The notes under the pieces: generated by a model | The model's input: the letters and a program-made list of their open reading frames with translations, nothing else | Database searches by the model: none | Told to the model about the DNA's origin: nothing | Shown here: piece after piece, positions 46,975 to 54,771 of the stretch | Layout: every line of letters begins with the position of its first letter | How positions within the stretch are numbered: position 1 is the stretch's first letter | DNA from: Steroidobacter sp. | GTDB taxonomy: Bacteria > Pseudomonadota > Gammaproteobacteria > Steroidobacterales > Steroidobacteraceae | Assembly: GCA_050738395.1 (NCBI GenBank) | Contig: JBOHZJ010000490.1 | Location: 1 to 54,771 of the forward strand | Length of the DNA: 54,771 bases | Direction of reading: 5' to 3' | Translations under genes and position numbers: made by a program

Positions 46975-47787
46975 ATGAACGATCTTCTTAGAACTCATGC
47001 GCCGATCTCCGCCGCCGCCTGGCGCGAGATCGACGCGGAGGCGGCGCGTACGCTCAAAACGCTGTTGGCGGCGAGAAGGCTGGTCGACTTCGTCGGGCCG
47101 CTCGGTTGGTCCGCTGCCTCGGTCGCCACCGGTCGAACGGAAAAGCTCGCTGTCCCGTTGCAGGACGGTGTGGTCGCGCGTTTGCGCCTGTCGCAACCGT
47201 TGGTCGAGATCCGCATTCCGTTCGAAGTTTCGCGCGAAGAGCTCGATGCGATCGACCGCGGCGCCCCGGCGGTGGATCTCGACGCGGTTCGCAATGCCGC
47301 GCGTGCGGCTGCGATTGCGGAAGATCGGGCGATATTTCAGGGGTATCCAGCCGCACGGATCGAGGGAATCTTCGCGGCGGCGGCGGCGCAGAAGCTCGCG
47401 ATCCCGGCGAACTACGAGGGATATCCGGACATCGTCGCGGAGGCCACTCATCGCCTGCGCAGCGAGGGCGTCAACGGCCCCTATGGCATCGCACTCGGAC
47501 CGCGCTGCTACACCGGACTAACGCGCAGCACCTTACGCGGCTATCCCATCATCAATCATGTGCGGGAACTGATCGACGGGCCGATCGTGTGGGCGCCCGC
47601 CGCGGACGGTGCGGTCGTGATGAGCCTGCGGGGCGGCGATTTCGAATTGAGCGTCGGCCAGGATTTCTCCATCGGATATCTGGACCACACCGGCACGTCA
47701 GTGCTGCTGTATCTGCAGGAAAGTTTCACCTTCCGTGTGCTGTCGCCGGAAGCGGCGGCGCCGCTCACGTATCCATCGCAGGAGTGA
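46975..47787 (+). CDS. Family 1 encapsulin shell protein (linocin M18-like)
   Basis: MNDLLRTHAPIS..AWREID, RRLVDFVGPLGW, GGDFELSVGQDFSIGY, LYLQESFTF. Confidence 0.96.
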   Translation: MNDLLRTHAPISAAAWREIDAEAARTLKTLLAARRLVDFVGPLGWSAASVATGRTEKLAVPLQDGVVARLRLSQPLVEIRIPFEVSREELDAIDRGAPAVDLDAVRNAARAAAIAEDRAIFQGYPAARIEGIFAAAAAQKLAIPANYEGYPDIVAEATHRLRSEGVNGPYGIALGPRCYTGLTRSTLRGYPIINHVRELIDGPIVWAPAADGAVVMSLRGGDFELSVGQDFSIGYLDHTGTSVLLYLQESFTFRVLSPEAAAPLTYPSQE

Positions 47788-47911
47788 TCGGGGCGACTAC
47801 CCGGGCATTAAGGTAAGTCGCTCACACGCTGTCCCGCCGGGCAGTCACACTGCAGCGACCGCACCGACGCGAGCTCCAGCGACGGGGCTTCACGATAGAA
47901 GAGGATTGCAC

Positions 47912-48373
47912 GTGCACGAATTGCAACTGGATCGACGCAGCGGCTCGGAACGCCGGCATGCGACGGTCGGCGCGTACTGGCGGGGAGCCATGCAGCCGCG
48001 ACGTCGCAACGGACGGCGTGAGAGCGATCAATACCCGATTATCGACTGGCATTCGCCGCGAGTACTCGCCGTCGTCGTGACCATTCTCGGCCTGTGTGTG
48101 CTCGACGGTGTGCTCACCGTGATGCTGATGTCGCACGGCGCCACTGAGATGAACCCCGTCATGGCGATGTTTCTGCCGCACGATCTCGGGATGTTCGCCG
48201 CCGTGAAGCTTTCGCTGACCAGTGTCGGCATGTTCGTCCTGGTCGCCTGCAGTCGCATGAGAGTGTTTAGTGCGATTCCAGGCGAGGCGTTCCTGTACAT
48301 CGTGCTCGCCGGCTACATCGCGCTGATCGGCTATGAACTCGAGCTCTTCAAACTTCTCCCGTCAGCCGATTGA
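47912..48373 (+). CDS. DUF5658-like membrane protein
   Basis: DRRSGSERR basic N-terminus, LDGVLT..GATEMNPVM, KLSLT; GTG start with SD AGAGGA. Confidence 0.72.
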   Translation: MHELQLDRRSGSERRHATVGAYWRGAMQPRRRNGRRESDQYPIIDWHSPRVLAVVVTILGLCVLDGVLTVMLMSHGATEMNPVMAMFLPHDLGMFAAVKLSLTSVGMFVLVACSRMRVFSAIPGEAFLYIVLAGYIALIGYELELFKLLPSAD

Positions 48374-48787
48374 ACGGCCCCGCGACGCGTTCGCGTTATA
48401 GCCGCCGGCGTACAGACGCAAGGCGAAATAGGTCCAGGCTGCAAGGGCGCCGCTGACGACGGCAGTCACGAAATTCGCGTCGTCGAGCAGCTTCGCCGCC
48501 ACCACGACGCAACCGAGCATCGAAAGCGTCGCCTGGCCGAGCCGCAACTCCCAGCGATCCACATAATGCATGAGCGCCGGAGCGTACTGGGCGATGCGGG
48601 TGCGATGCGGATCGAAGCCAAACACGTCCGACAGGACGATATAGGTCGCAACTCCGACCATGCTCCAGAACACTACCCGCCATTCATCGACGGGGTGGCC
48701 GGTGAGCGCGCCATAGAGCACTGCAATCAGCAGAAACAGAACGCACGCAGCAATAGCGTGGAGCTTGCGCGAGTGCATGATTGACAT
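48362..48787 (-). CDS. Hypothetical four-TM membrane protein
   Basis: Four hydrophobic segments; start 48787 or 48778. Confidence 0.6.
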   Translation of the reverse strand: MSIMHSRKLHAIAACVLFLLIAVLYGALTGHPVDEWRVVFWSMVGVATYIVLSDVFGFDPHRTRIAQYAPALMHYVDRWELRLGQATLSMLGCVVVAAKLLDDANFVTAVVSGALAAWTYFALRLYAGGYNANASRGRSIG

Positions 48788-49084
48788 CCCGGCGGGTAAA
48801 AACGAACTGGAAGAATGAGCGCGCGACTTTGCCAGTTCTGTGACGCTCCTCCAAGATCTGTCGGCGCATGCGCGGCGCGGCAAAAGGTCATCAGCGGTTT
48901 ACCTACGCGATCGGTCTTGCGGCAACGGCTCGCGTCAGATCGGAACAGGGCCAGATAGAGAGATTGATGCGCCGCGAATCGCAAACACCGACTTCGGGCG
49001 CCGTTGTGATCTTTGTCCCGCGGGACTCCCTTCAGTCATGATCTTGTGGTTACTCTTCCTTCCTCCTCACCAGCTTGTAGCTAC

Positions 49085-49774
49085 ATGCCCTACACCCAGC
49101 AAGATACATCCGACGCAGTCATCCTGACGCCCGGGTCAACGCCGGCCGCGGCGGTCATATGGTTGCACGGTCTGGGAGCCGACGGCTCTGACTTCGTATC
49201 CATTGTGGAGGAGCTGCGGCTTCCGGAATTGCTCGCGGTGCGCTTTGTATTTCCGCATGCGAAACCACGGCCGATCACGATCAACAATGGTCTCGTGATG
49301 CGCGCCTGGTACGACATCACAGGCTTTGGTCCGGATCGCGCGGAGGACGATGCCGGCATTCGCGAGTCCGCGGAGATCGTTGGGCGCTACGTCGCCCGCG
49401 AAGCAGCGGCCGGCATCGCCGAGGATCGCATCATCATCGCCGGCTTTTCGCAAGGCGGCGCGATCGCGCTACACACGGCGCTGCGTTATCCGAAGGGACT
49501 CGCCGGCGTCATGGCGTTGTCGACGTATTTGCCGTTGCGAGAGACGCTCGCGAGGGAAGCGTCAGCGGTGAATCGGCAGACGCCGATTCTGATGTGCCAC
49601 GGGTTGCAGGATGGGGTGGTGTCGGCGGCGCTGGGCAAAGCGTCGCGCGACGCCCTTCAGGGCCTGGGCTATGCCGTCGAGTGGCGCACCTATCCGATGG
49701 CGCACCAGGTCTGCGTGGAAGAAGTCGTCGACATAGCGAACTGGCTGAAGCAACGATTGACAGTTGACGGTTGA
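49085..49774 (+). CDS. Carboxylesterase / phospholipase (alpha/beta hydrolase)
   Basis: WLHGLGADG, MRAWYDI, GFSQGG, HGLQDGVV, MAH. Confidence 0.93.
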   Translation: MPYTQQDTSDAVILTPGSTPAAAVIWLHGLGADGSDFVSIVEELRLPELLAVRFVFPHAKPRPITINNGLVMRAWYDITGFGPDRAEDDAGIRESAEIVGRYVAREAAAGIAEDRIIIAGFSQGGAIALHTALRYPKGLAGVMALSTYLPLRETLAREASAVNRQTPILMCHGLQDGVVSAALGKASRDALQGLGYAVEWRTYPMAHQVCVEEVVDIANWLKQRLTVDG

Positions 49775-49822
49775 GAGGCCGCTGACGAGAAGAAGCATCT
49801 CTGCAGTCAACCGTCGCGCACC

Positions 49823-50728
49823 GTGAATCTCAGCGCCTCGTATACCGGGCTTCCTCGCAACTCGCGCGGCGCGCTGTGGATGCTCGCATCGGCCGTGACA
49901 TTCACTCTCATGACGATACTCATCAAGCTGCTCGGGGATGATTACCCGGCGGCCTTGCAGACCTTTTATCGTCAGGCGGCCGGATTGCTCGTGCTGACGC
50001 CGCTGATTCTGCGCAACCCGCGCACCGTGTTTCGCACGACGCGCCTCGGCATTCTGCTGTTCCGCGCGCTCGCCAGCACGATCGGCATGATCCTCGCGTT
50101 CTACGCCTATCAGAAGATGCCGCTTGCGGACGCCAACGCTCTTTCGTTCACGCGCACGTTGTGGCTCGTGCCGTTCGCCGCATTCGTACTGCAGGAGCAC
50201 GTTGGGCCGCGCCGCCTGTCCGCGACGCTCGTCGGTTTCCTTGGCGCGCTGCTGATGCTGCAACCCTCGGCGCAGGCCAACATGGGTTGGCCTGCCGCCG
50301 CGGCGCTTACGTCGTCGCTCCTGTTCGCGCTGGCCGTCACTGGCATGAAGGTCATGACGCGCGATCACACGGTCACGACGCTGATGGCGTGGTCGGCGGT
50401 GCTTGGCTTCGTGCTCGCCATCCCGCCGGCGATTTTCGTCTGGCGCTGGCCCGCCGGCGTTGACCTGCTGCTGTTGGGCGCCCTGGGCGTCCTCGGTACG
50501 ATTACACAAGCGTGCTACATCAAGGGCATGTCCGAAGGCGACGCCGCTGTGATGGCGCCCATCGATTACTCACGCCTCGTCTTCGCCGTGATCTTCGGAT
50601 TCGTATGGTTCGGCGAAATCCCGAATGCGCTGACAATGGCCGGCGCCGGGGTCGTGATCGCATCGACCATCTACATCACCTGGCGCGAGGCGCAGCTCGG
50701 CAAGCGTGAAGCGTCGATACGTGAATAG
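49823..50728 (+). CDS. DMT / EamA family transporter
   Basis: About 10 TMs, MPLADANALSF, LQEHVGPRR, APIDYSRL, FGEIP. Confidence 0.92.
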   Translation: MNLSASYTGLPRNSRGALWMLASAVTFTLMTILIKLLGDDYPAALQTFYRQAAGLLVLTPLILRNPRTVFRTTRLGILLFRALASTIGMILAFYAYQKMPLADANALSFTRTLWLVPFAAFVLQEHVGPRRLSATLVGFLGALLMLQPSAQANMGWPAAAALTSSLLFALAVTGMKVMTRDHTVTTLMAWSAVLGFVLAIPPAIFVWRWPAGVDLLLLGALGVLGTITQACYIKGMSEGDAAVMAPIDYSRLVFAVIFGFVWFGEIPNALTMAGAGVVIASTIYITWREAQLGKREASIRE

Positions 50729-50819
50729 TGGGTCTCGCGTCGCGTCTCAACCGACAGCGACGACATCGATTTGCAGCTCGATGCCGCCGCCGCGGCCGCT
50801 CCAACAAACAGTTACTGAG

Positions 50820-51194
50820 TCAGGTGCGTGGCTCGTTCGATGCACCTCGCTGTGCAAGGCGCATCCGCGAGCCGGCGCTATGCAGTGCGGTGATCCTGGC
50901 GTCGTTGACGTCCTCGACGGCAGCGGCCAGCGCGCGTTGCTCGCAGGTTTCTTTCATGCTCTTGCGCGCCACTTCGCGACTGTCATGCGCACGACACACT
51001 ACGCTCGCCGCGCGCTCCAGGCGCGCATACAAATCGATCGCATCCCGCTGCTTCGCCAGATCGAGGTCGGTGAACCGCACAACTTTCTCCACCGTCGGCT
51101 CGGTTGCATAGACGTTCGCCGTGAGCATAGATACGGCGGCCGCGCCGAACGCCGTCCACACAACGCGACGCGACATTGATTTCTTGAATGACAT
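50820..51194 (-). CDS. UrcA family exported protein
   Basis: Signal peptide, VRFTDLDL..LYARLERAASVVC..CEQRALAAAV; SD AGGAG. Confidence 0.88.
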   Translation of the reverse strand: MSFKKSMSRRVVWTAFGAAAVSMLTANVYATEPTVEKVVRFTDLDLAKQRDAIDLYARLERAASVVCRAHDSREVARKSMKETCEQRALAAAVEDVNDARITALHSAGSRMRLAQRGASNEPRT

Positions 51195-51366
51195 GATGGC
51201 TCTCCTGAACTTCTCTGATCGAACGAATACTCGTGTGCGCCTGATTTCAGATGCAGCCTGTCGAGGAAAGGTTGCAGCGTACGCACGGGGATTTGGAGCA
51301 TGCAGTGCGCGATTTGCTCCTTCGTCTCGTCGTCGAAAGATGTCGCTTCGACGAGAAGCGCCAGTA

Positions 51367-51515
51367 GTGAGCTGTGAGTCGTGAGTTGTGAGTCGGAGAA
51401 CTGATTCGGGATTCGGGATGAGTATTCGAGCTGCATAGCGGAGCGCCAAGTCTCTTCTTGCGTCCCGGGTCCCGATTCCCCAGTCCCGTTTTACGATTCA
51501 CGACTCACGGCTCAC
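51367..51515. repeat. Nested inverted heptamer elements
   Basis: Outer (GTGAGyy)x4 / (nnyTCAC)x4, inner (GATTCGG)x2 / (TCCCnnn)x3; 51493-51515 is identical to 30472-30494. Confidence 0.85.
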
Positions 51516-51533
51516 ATTTCTGACGCAATGCGT

Positions 51534-51566
51534 GCGACGAGTTGTGCGGCGCGCGCGACGAATTGT
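51534..51566 (-). promoter_or_regulatory. Putative LytTR binding direct repeat
   Basis: GCGACGAGTTGT (51534) and GCGACGAATTGT (51555) at a 21-bp period; the minus strand reads ACAAyTCGTC, resembling the AlgR box CCGTTCGTC. Confidence 0.6.
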
Positions 51567-51726
51567 TGTGCGCCGACGCCCCGCTTGCTTAGAGTACGAA
51601 TGGTCTGAGGCGGCGCTGTGCGCCGCGGCGCCCGGAACGTTCCCGCCGTCCATTGACTGGATATGCGATCGAATGGGTGCGGGTGGATTCGAACCAGAAA
51701 CTTCTCAACGCCGCAGCGGTTTGCCG

Positions 51727-52812
51727 ATGAACCTCACACAACTAAAAAACAACCGCGAAGCGATGTTCTGGTCGTTGCACGCCATCGGCTGGGGAGGCTA
51801 CGCCACGGTCCACTATCTCGGCTCCTTGCTGCACGACAAGCCGCCCGAATACATCGCCAACTATCTCAAAGTCATCCTGGCTGCGTCGATTGCGGGTTTT
51901 CTGATCAGCGCGCCGCTGCGCTACATCTGTCGCGTGCTCTGGTTCGGACCGCCTGCGATGATCATCGGCGGCGGCTTGCTGGCCGCCTACATCACTGCGC
52001 TTGCCTGGCGCCTGAGCGTCAATCTCGCCTATGTCGGGTTCATGCCGGACTCGGACATGGAGATGACGCGCATCACGCACTACTTCGGCGGGGCGATCAG
52101 TGCGATGTACATCATGACCTGCTGGGTCGGCCTGTACTTCGGCTTTCGTTACTACGAATCGATGCAATTGCAGCGCGAGGCGGTATTGCGTTCTTCGGCC
52201 CTCGCACAGGAAGCGCAACTCAAGATGCTGCGCTACCAACTGAACCCGCATTTTCTGTTCAATACGCTCAATGCGATCTCGACCCTCATTCTCGACAATC
52301 GCAATTCGACCGCGAACTCCGCCGTCACTGGATTGTCGGAGTTTCTGCGCTATACGCTGGACCAGGATCCGATGAAGAAAGTGACGGTCGCGCAGGAAGT
52401 CGAAGCGCTGAACCTGTATCTCAATATCGAGAAGATGCGCTTCGGCGAGCGGCTCTCGATTGGCTTCTTCATCGACGACGCGGCCAGCACTGTGCTGATG
52501 CCGAGTCTGCTGCTGCAACCCTTGATCGAGAACGCGATCAAGTACGCCGTGTCGCCGCGCGAAAGGGGCGGCGTCATCCGCATCGCTGCGCATGTCACGG
52601 GCGGCATGCTGCAGCTGGAAGTAGCCGACGACGGTCCGGGCATGATCGACGCGACCCGTCTCGTGAACGGCCGCGGCGTCGGTGTTCGCAACACCCGCGA
52701 GCGTCTGCAGGTTTTGTACAGCGAACGCGGCAATGTCGCCGTTACCAACACCGAGCCCGGCCTGCGCGTCGCGCTCACGTTTCCCGCCGAGCGCGCCCTC
52801 GCCGCGGCGTAA
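51727..52812 (+). CDS. LytS/YehU-type sensor histidine kinase
   Basis: TMs, LRYQLNPHFLFNTLNAIS, IEKMRFGERL, LQPLIENAIKY, GVGVRN. Confidence 0.93.
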   Translation: MNLTQLKNNREAMFWSLHAIGWGGYATVHYLGSLLHDKPPEYIANYLKVILAASIAGFLISAPLRYICRVLWFGPPAMIIGGGLLAAYITALAWRLSVNLAYVGFMPDSDMEMTRITHYFGGAISAMYIMTCWVGLYFGFRYYESMQLQREAVLRSSALAQEAQLKMLRYQLNPHFLFNTLNAISTLILDNRNSTANSAVTGLSEFLRYTLDQDPMKKVTVAQEVEALNLYLNIEKMRFGERLSIGFFIDDAASTVLMPSLLLQPLIENAIKYAVSPRERGGVIRIAAHVTGGMLQLEVADDGPGMIDATRLVNGRGVGVRNTRERLQVLYSERGNVAVTNTEPGLRVALTFPAERALAAA

Positions 52813-52863
52813 GATCAGTAGAACCTGTAGGGAGACTTCCCTGCGAATCGTCTGGATTAACCC

Positions 52864-53688
52864 ATGAGCGATCAACGTTTACGCGCGATCATCGTCGATG
52901 ACGAACAACTGGCGCGGCGCGGAATAGAGCTTCGTCTCGCCAGTTATCCGGACGTGGAGATCGTCGCCGAGTGCGAGAACGGCCGCGAAGCGATCGAGAC
53001 GGTGCTGCGCGAACAACCGGATTTGATGTTCCTGGATATTCAGATGCCTGGGTTCTCCGGACTGGACGTGCTTGCGCGTCTGCCGCAGGAGTCGATGCCC
53101 ATGATCATTTTTGTTACGGCGTTCGATCGCTACGCACTGGACGCCTTCGAAGCGCAGGCGCTCGATTATCTGTTGAAGCCGATCAATGACACGCGATTCG
53201 CCCAGGCGCTGGAGCGCGTGCGCACCTCATGGCGCCAGCGTACGGCGCTCTCGCAACGCGAGAAGCTGATGCGTTTGCTCGCCGCGACGCAGGGGTCTGG
53301 CTCGGTCGATGAGCAACTCCTGCGCGAGCAACTCGATGCTCACGACACGCCGCACTATCCTGGCATCCTGCCGATTCGCGACGACGCCGGCACGGTGCGG
53401 CTCGATGTAAAGACGATCGACTGGATCGACGCCGCCGGCGATTACATGTGCGTTCATGCCGAAGGACGCACCTATGTCCTGCGCGAAACGATGAAGTCGC
53501 TGGAAGCCGTACTGGATCCGAACGTGTTTCAGCGCGTGCATCGCTCCACCATCGTCAACGTGCAGCGCGTGCGCCGATTGCGTCCGCACACCAATGGCGA
53601 GTACTACCTGACGCTCGACGATGGCCAGGAAATCAAGCTGAGCCGCTCTTATCGCGACCGCGTGGACCAGCTGTTGCAGCGGCGCTGA
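52864..53688 (+). CDS. LytTR family response regulator
   Basis: IVDDEQLAR, FLDIQMPG, DYLLKP, FQRVHRSTIVN, LSRSY. Confidence 0.95.
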   Translation: MSDQRLRAIIVDDEQLARRGIELRLASYPDVEIVAECENGREAIETVLREQPDLMFLDIQMPGFSGLDVLARLPQESMPMIIFVTAFDRYALDAFEAQALDYLLKPINDTRFAQALERVRTSWRQRTALSQREKLMRLLAATQGSGSVDEQLLREQLDAHDTPHYPGILPIRDDAGTVRLDVKTIDWIDAAGDYMCVHAEGRTYVLRETMKSLEAVLDPNVFQRVHRSTIVNVQRVRRLRPHTNGEYYLTLDDGQEIKLSRSYRDRVDQLLQRR

Positions 53689-53710
53689 ACGGATCGACAA
53701 GCCGGGTTTC

Positions 53711-54610
53711 TCACCGGCCGCTAACGCCGACCGCCAGCTGCTTCTTCGTCGACAGCCACGGGTGTGCGAAGACCACTGCCAGAATGATCGCGACGCCCGC
53801 ATAGAAACTCAGTGAGAGTTCGCGCTGCTCGCCGAGCAGCAGAATCGCCAGCACGATCGCGTATACCGGCTCCATGTTGACTGCGAGCGCGGTCGAAAAC
53901 GCGCTCAGCTGGCGTAACGCGACCAACGACAGCGCGAACGGCAGCAACGTACAGCCAATGGCGAGGGCCACGAGCAGGAGCGCATCGCGTTGCGACGGAA
54001 TGGCGAACAACGTTTCGCCGGCGGGCAGAAATGGCGCCGCCAGCGTAAGGACTACTGCACCCGCACCCATCTCGACGCCGGTGACCGTCAGTACATCAGT
54101 GTTCGCGATGTGGCGTTTGTTGAGCGACGCAAAAATCGCGACGAAGAATGCGGAGAGCGCTCCAACTGCGATGCCCAGGCGCATGCCGCTCGGCGTGCCG
54201 CCGATGACCAGTACGACGCCAGGAATGACCGCCAGTCCGAAGATCAGTTCGCTCACATCGAAACGACGCCATGCAAGAAGGGGCTCGATAAACGATATGA
54301 ACACCGGTGTGAGCGCCATACAGGTCGCCGCCACCGACGCGTTCGACAATTTGATCGACGCGTAGAACGTGAGCCAGTGCAGCGCGACGACCACTCCGAT
54401 CCCGGCATAGATCGCAATCAGCCGCGGTGAGAGTTGCGTCAGGCCGGACCAGAATCGCTGCACCAGCAGCAACGCGCCGGTCACCAGCACCATCCGCCAC
54501 CACACCAGCGGCAGCGCGGCAAGGGAAATGAGCTTGCCGAAAATCGCAGTGAAGCCCCACAACACAACGCAGAAATGAATCTGCAGCCAGGCGCGGGTGT
54601 GGGAGGACAT
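53711..54610 (-). CDS. DMT / EamA family transporter
   Basis: LWGFTAIFGKLI, HWLTFYASIK, NMEPVYAI. Confidence 0.92.
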   Translation of the reverse strand: MSSHTRAWLQIHFCVVLWGFTAIFGKLISLAALPLVWWRMVLVTGALLLVQRFWSGLTQLSPRLIAIYAGIGVVVALHWLTFYASIKLSNASVAATCMALTPVFISFIEPLLAWRRFDVSELIFGLAVIPGVVLVIGGTPSGMRLGIAVGALSAFFVAIFASLNKRHIANTDVLTVTGVEMGAGAVVLTLAAPFLPAGETLFAIPSQRDALLLVALAIGCTLLPFALSLVALRQLSAFSTALAVNMEPVYAIVLAILLLGEQRELSLSFYAGVAIILAVVFAHPWLSTKKQLAVGVSGR

Positions 54611-54616
54611 CTCGGA

Positions 54617-54771
54617 AGTGACTAGTGACTAGTGACTAATGACTAGTGATCTGTCGGAGCGGCCTGGTGGCCGCCGGCACAGTAAATTTGTGCTGCGATG
54701 TCTTCCAGCACGACACGCCATGCACCACAGTCGAGTCTCCGGACGAGTCACCAGTCACCAGTCACCAGTCA
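54617..54771. repeat. Inverted heptamer tandem-repeat element (runs off the window)
   Basis: (AGTGACT)x3 AATGACT AGTGA ... (AGTCACC)x3 AGTCA. Confidence 0.85.

Noticed and set aside
46975..47787. Phage capsid or bacteriocin gene
   Set aside because: Cargo gene with targeting peptide directly upstream and no phage context indicate an encapsulin.
51195..51726. Extended starts for UrcA (51449) and the LytS kinase (51532)
   Set aside because: They translate repeat and promoter DNA; the SD and domain boundaries favour 51194 and 51727.
152..54625. Long antisense or alternate-frame ORFs (e.g. 3250-4551, 32676-34034, 37028-38002, 51663-52901, 51742-52875)
   Set aside because: They overlap well-supported genes, are Arg/Ala-rich without motifs, and are expected shadows in high-GC DNA.

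Overview
GC-rich proteobacterial chromosomal segment. A Steroidobacteraceae-like gammaproteobacterium is my inference from gene content, not a lookup. It holds about 50 protein genes, and I found no rRNA, tRNA, CRISPR array, transposase or integrase. Left part (1-25 kb): an acyl-CoA synthetase running off the edge, a GGDEF cyclase, three sensor kinases, LysR with a divergent citrate synthase, CsaA, a thioesterase, an APC permease, YfiR, MarC, TetR with a divergent TonB receptor and 3-hydroxybutyrate dehydrogenase, a Tat-signal NADPH oxidoreductase, an AmpG-like MFS and an S41 peptidase. At 25.2-30.2 kb, short co-oriented genes (including folD) are separated by decayed attC-like sites, consistent with a fossil integron cassette array lacking an integrase. 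At 30.5-44.8 kb is a tightly coupled eight-gene MoxR/vWA/DUF58/TPR-metallopeptidase/DUF4159 envelope operon of unknown function. At 45-47.8 kb a secreted vanadium haloperoxidase precedes an encapsulated ferritin and a family 1 encapsulin. The right end has an esterase, two DMT transporters, UrcA and a LytS/LytTR pair. At least five families of short inverted-repeat elements sit at gene junctions, and several are translated in frame into protein termini. All family calls are from motif recognition by eye; no searches were run.
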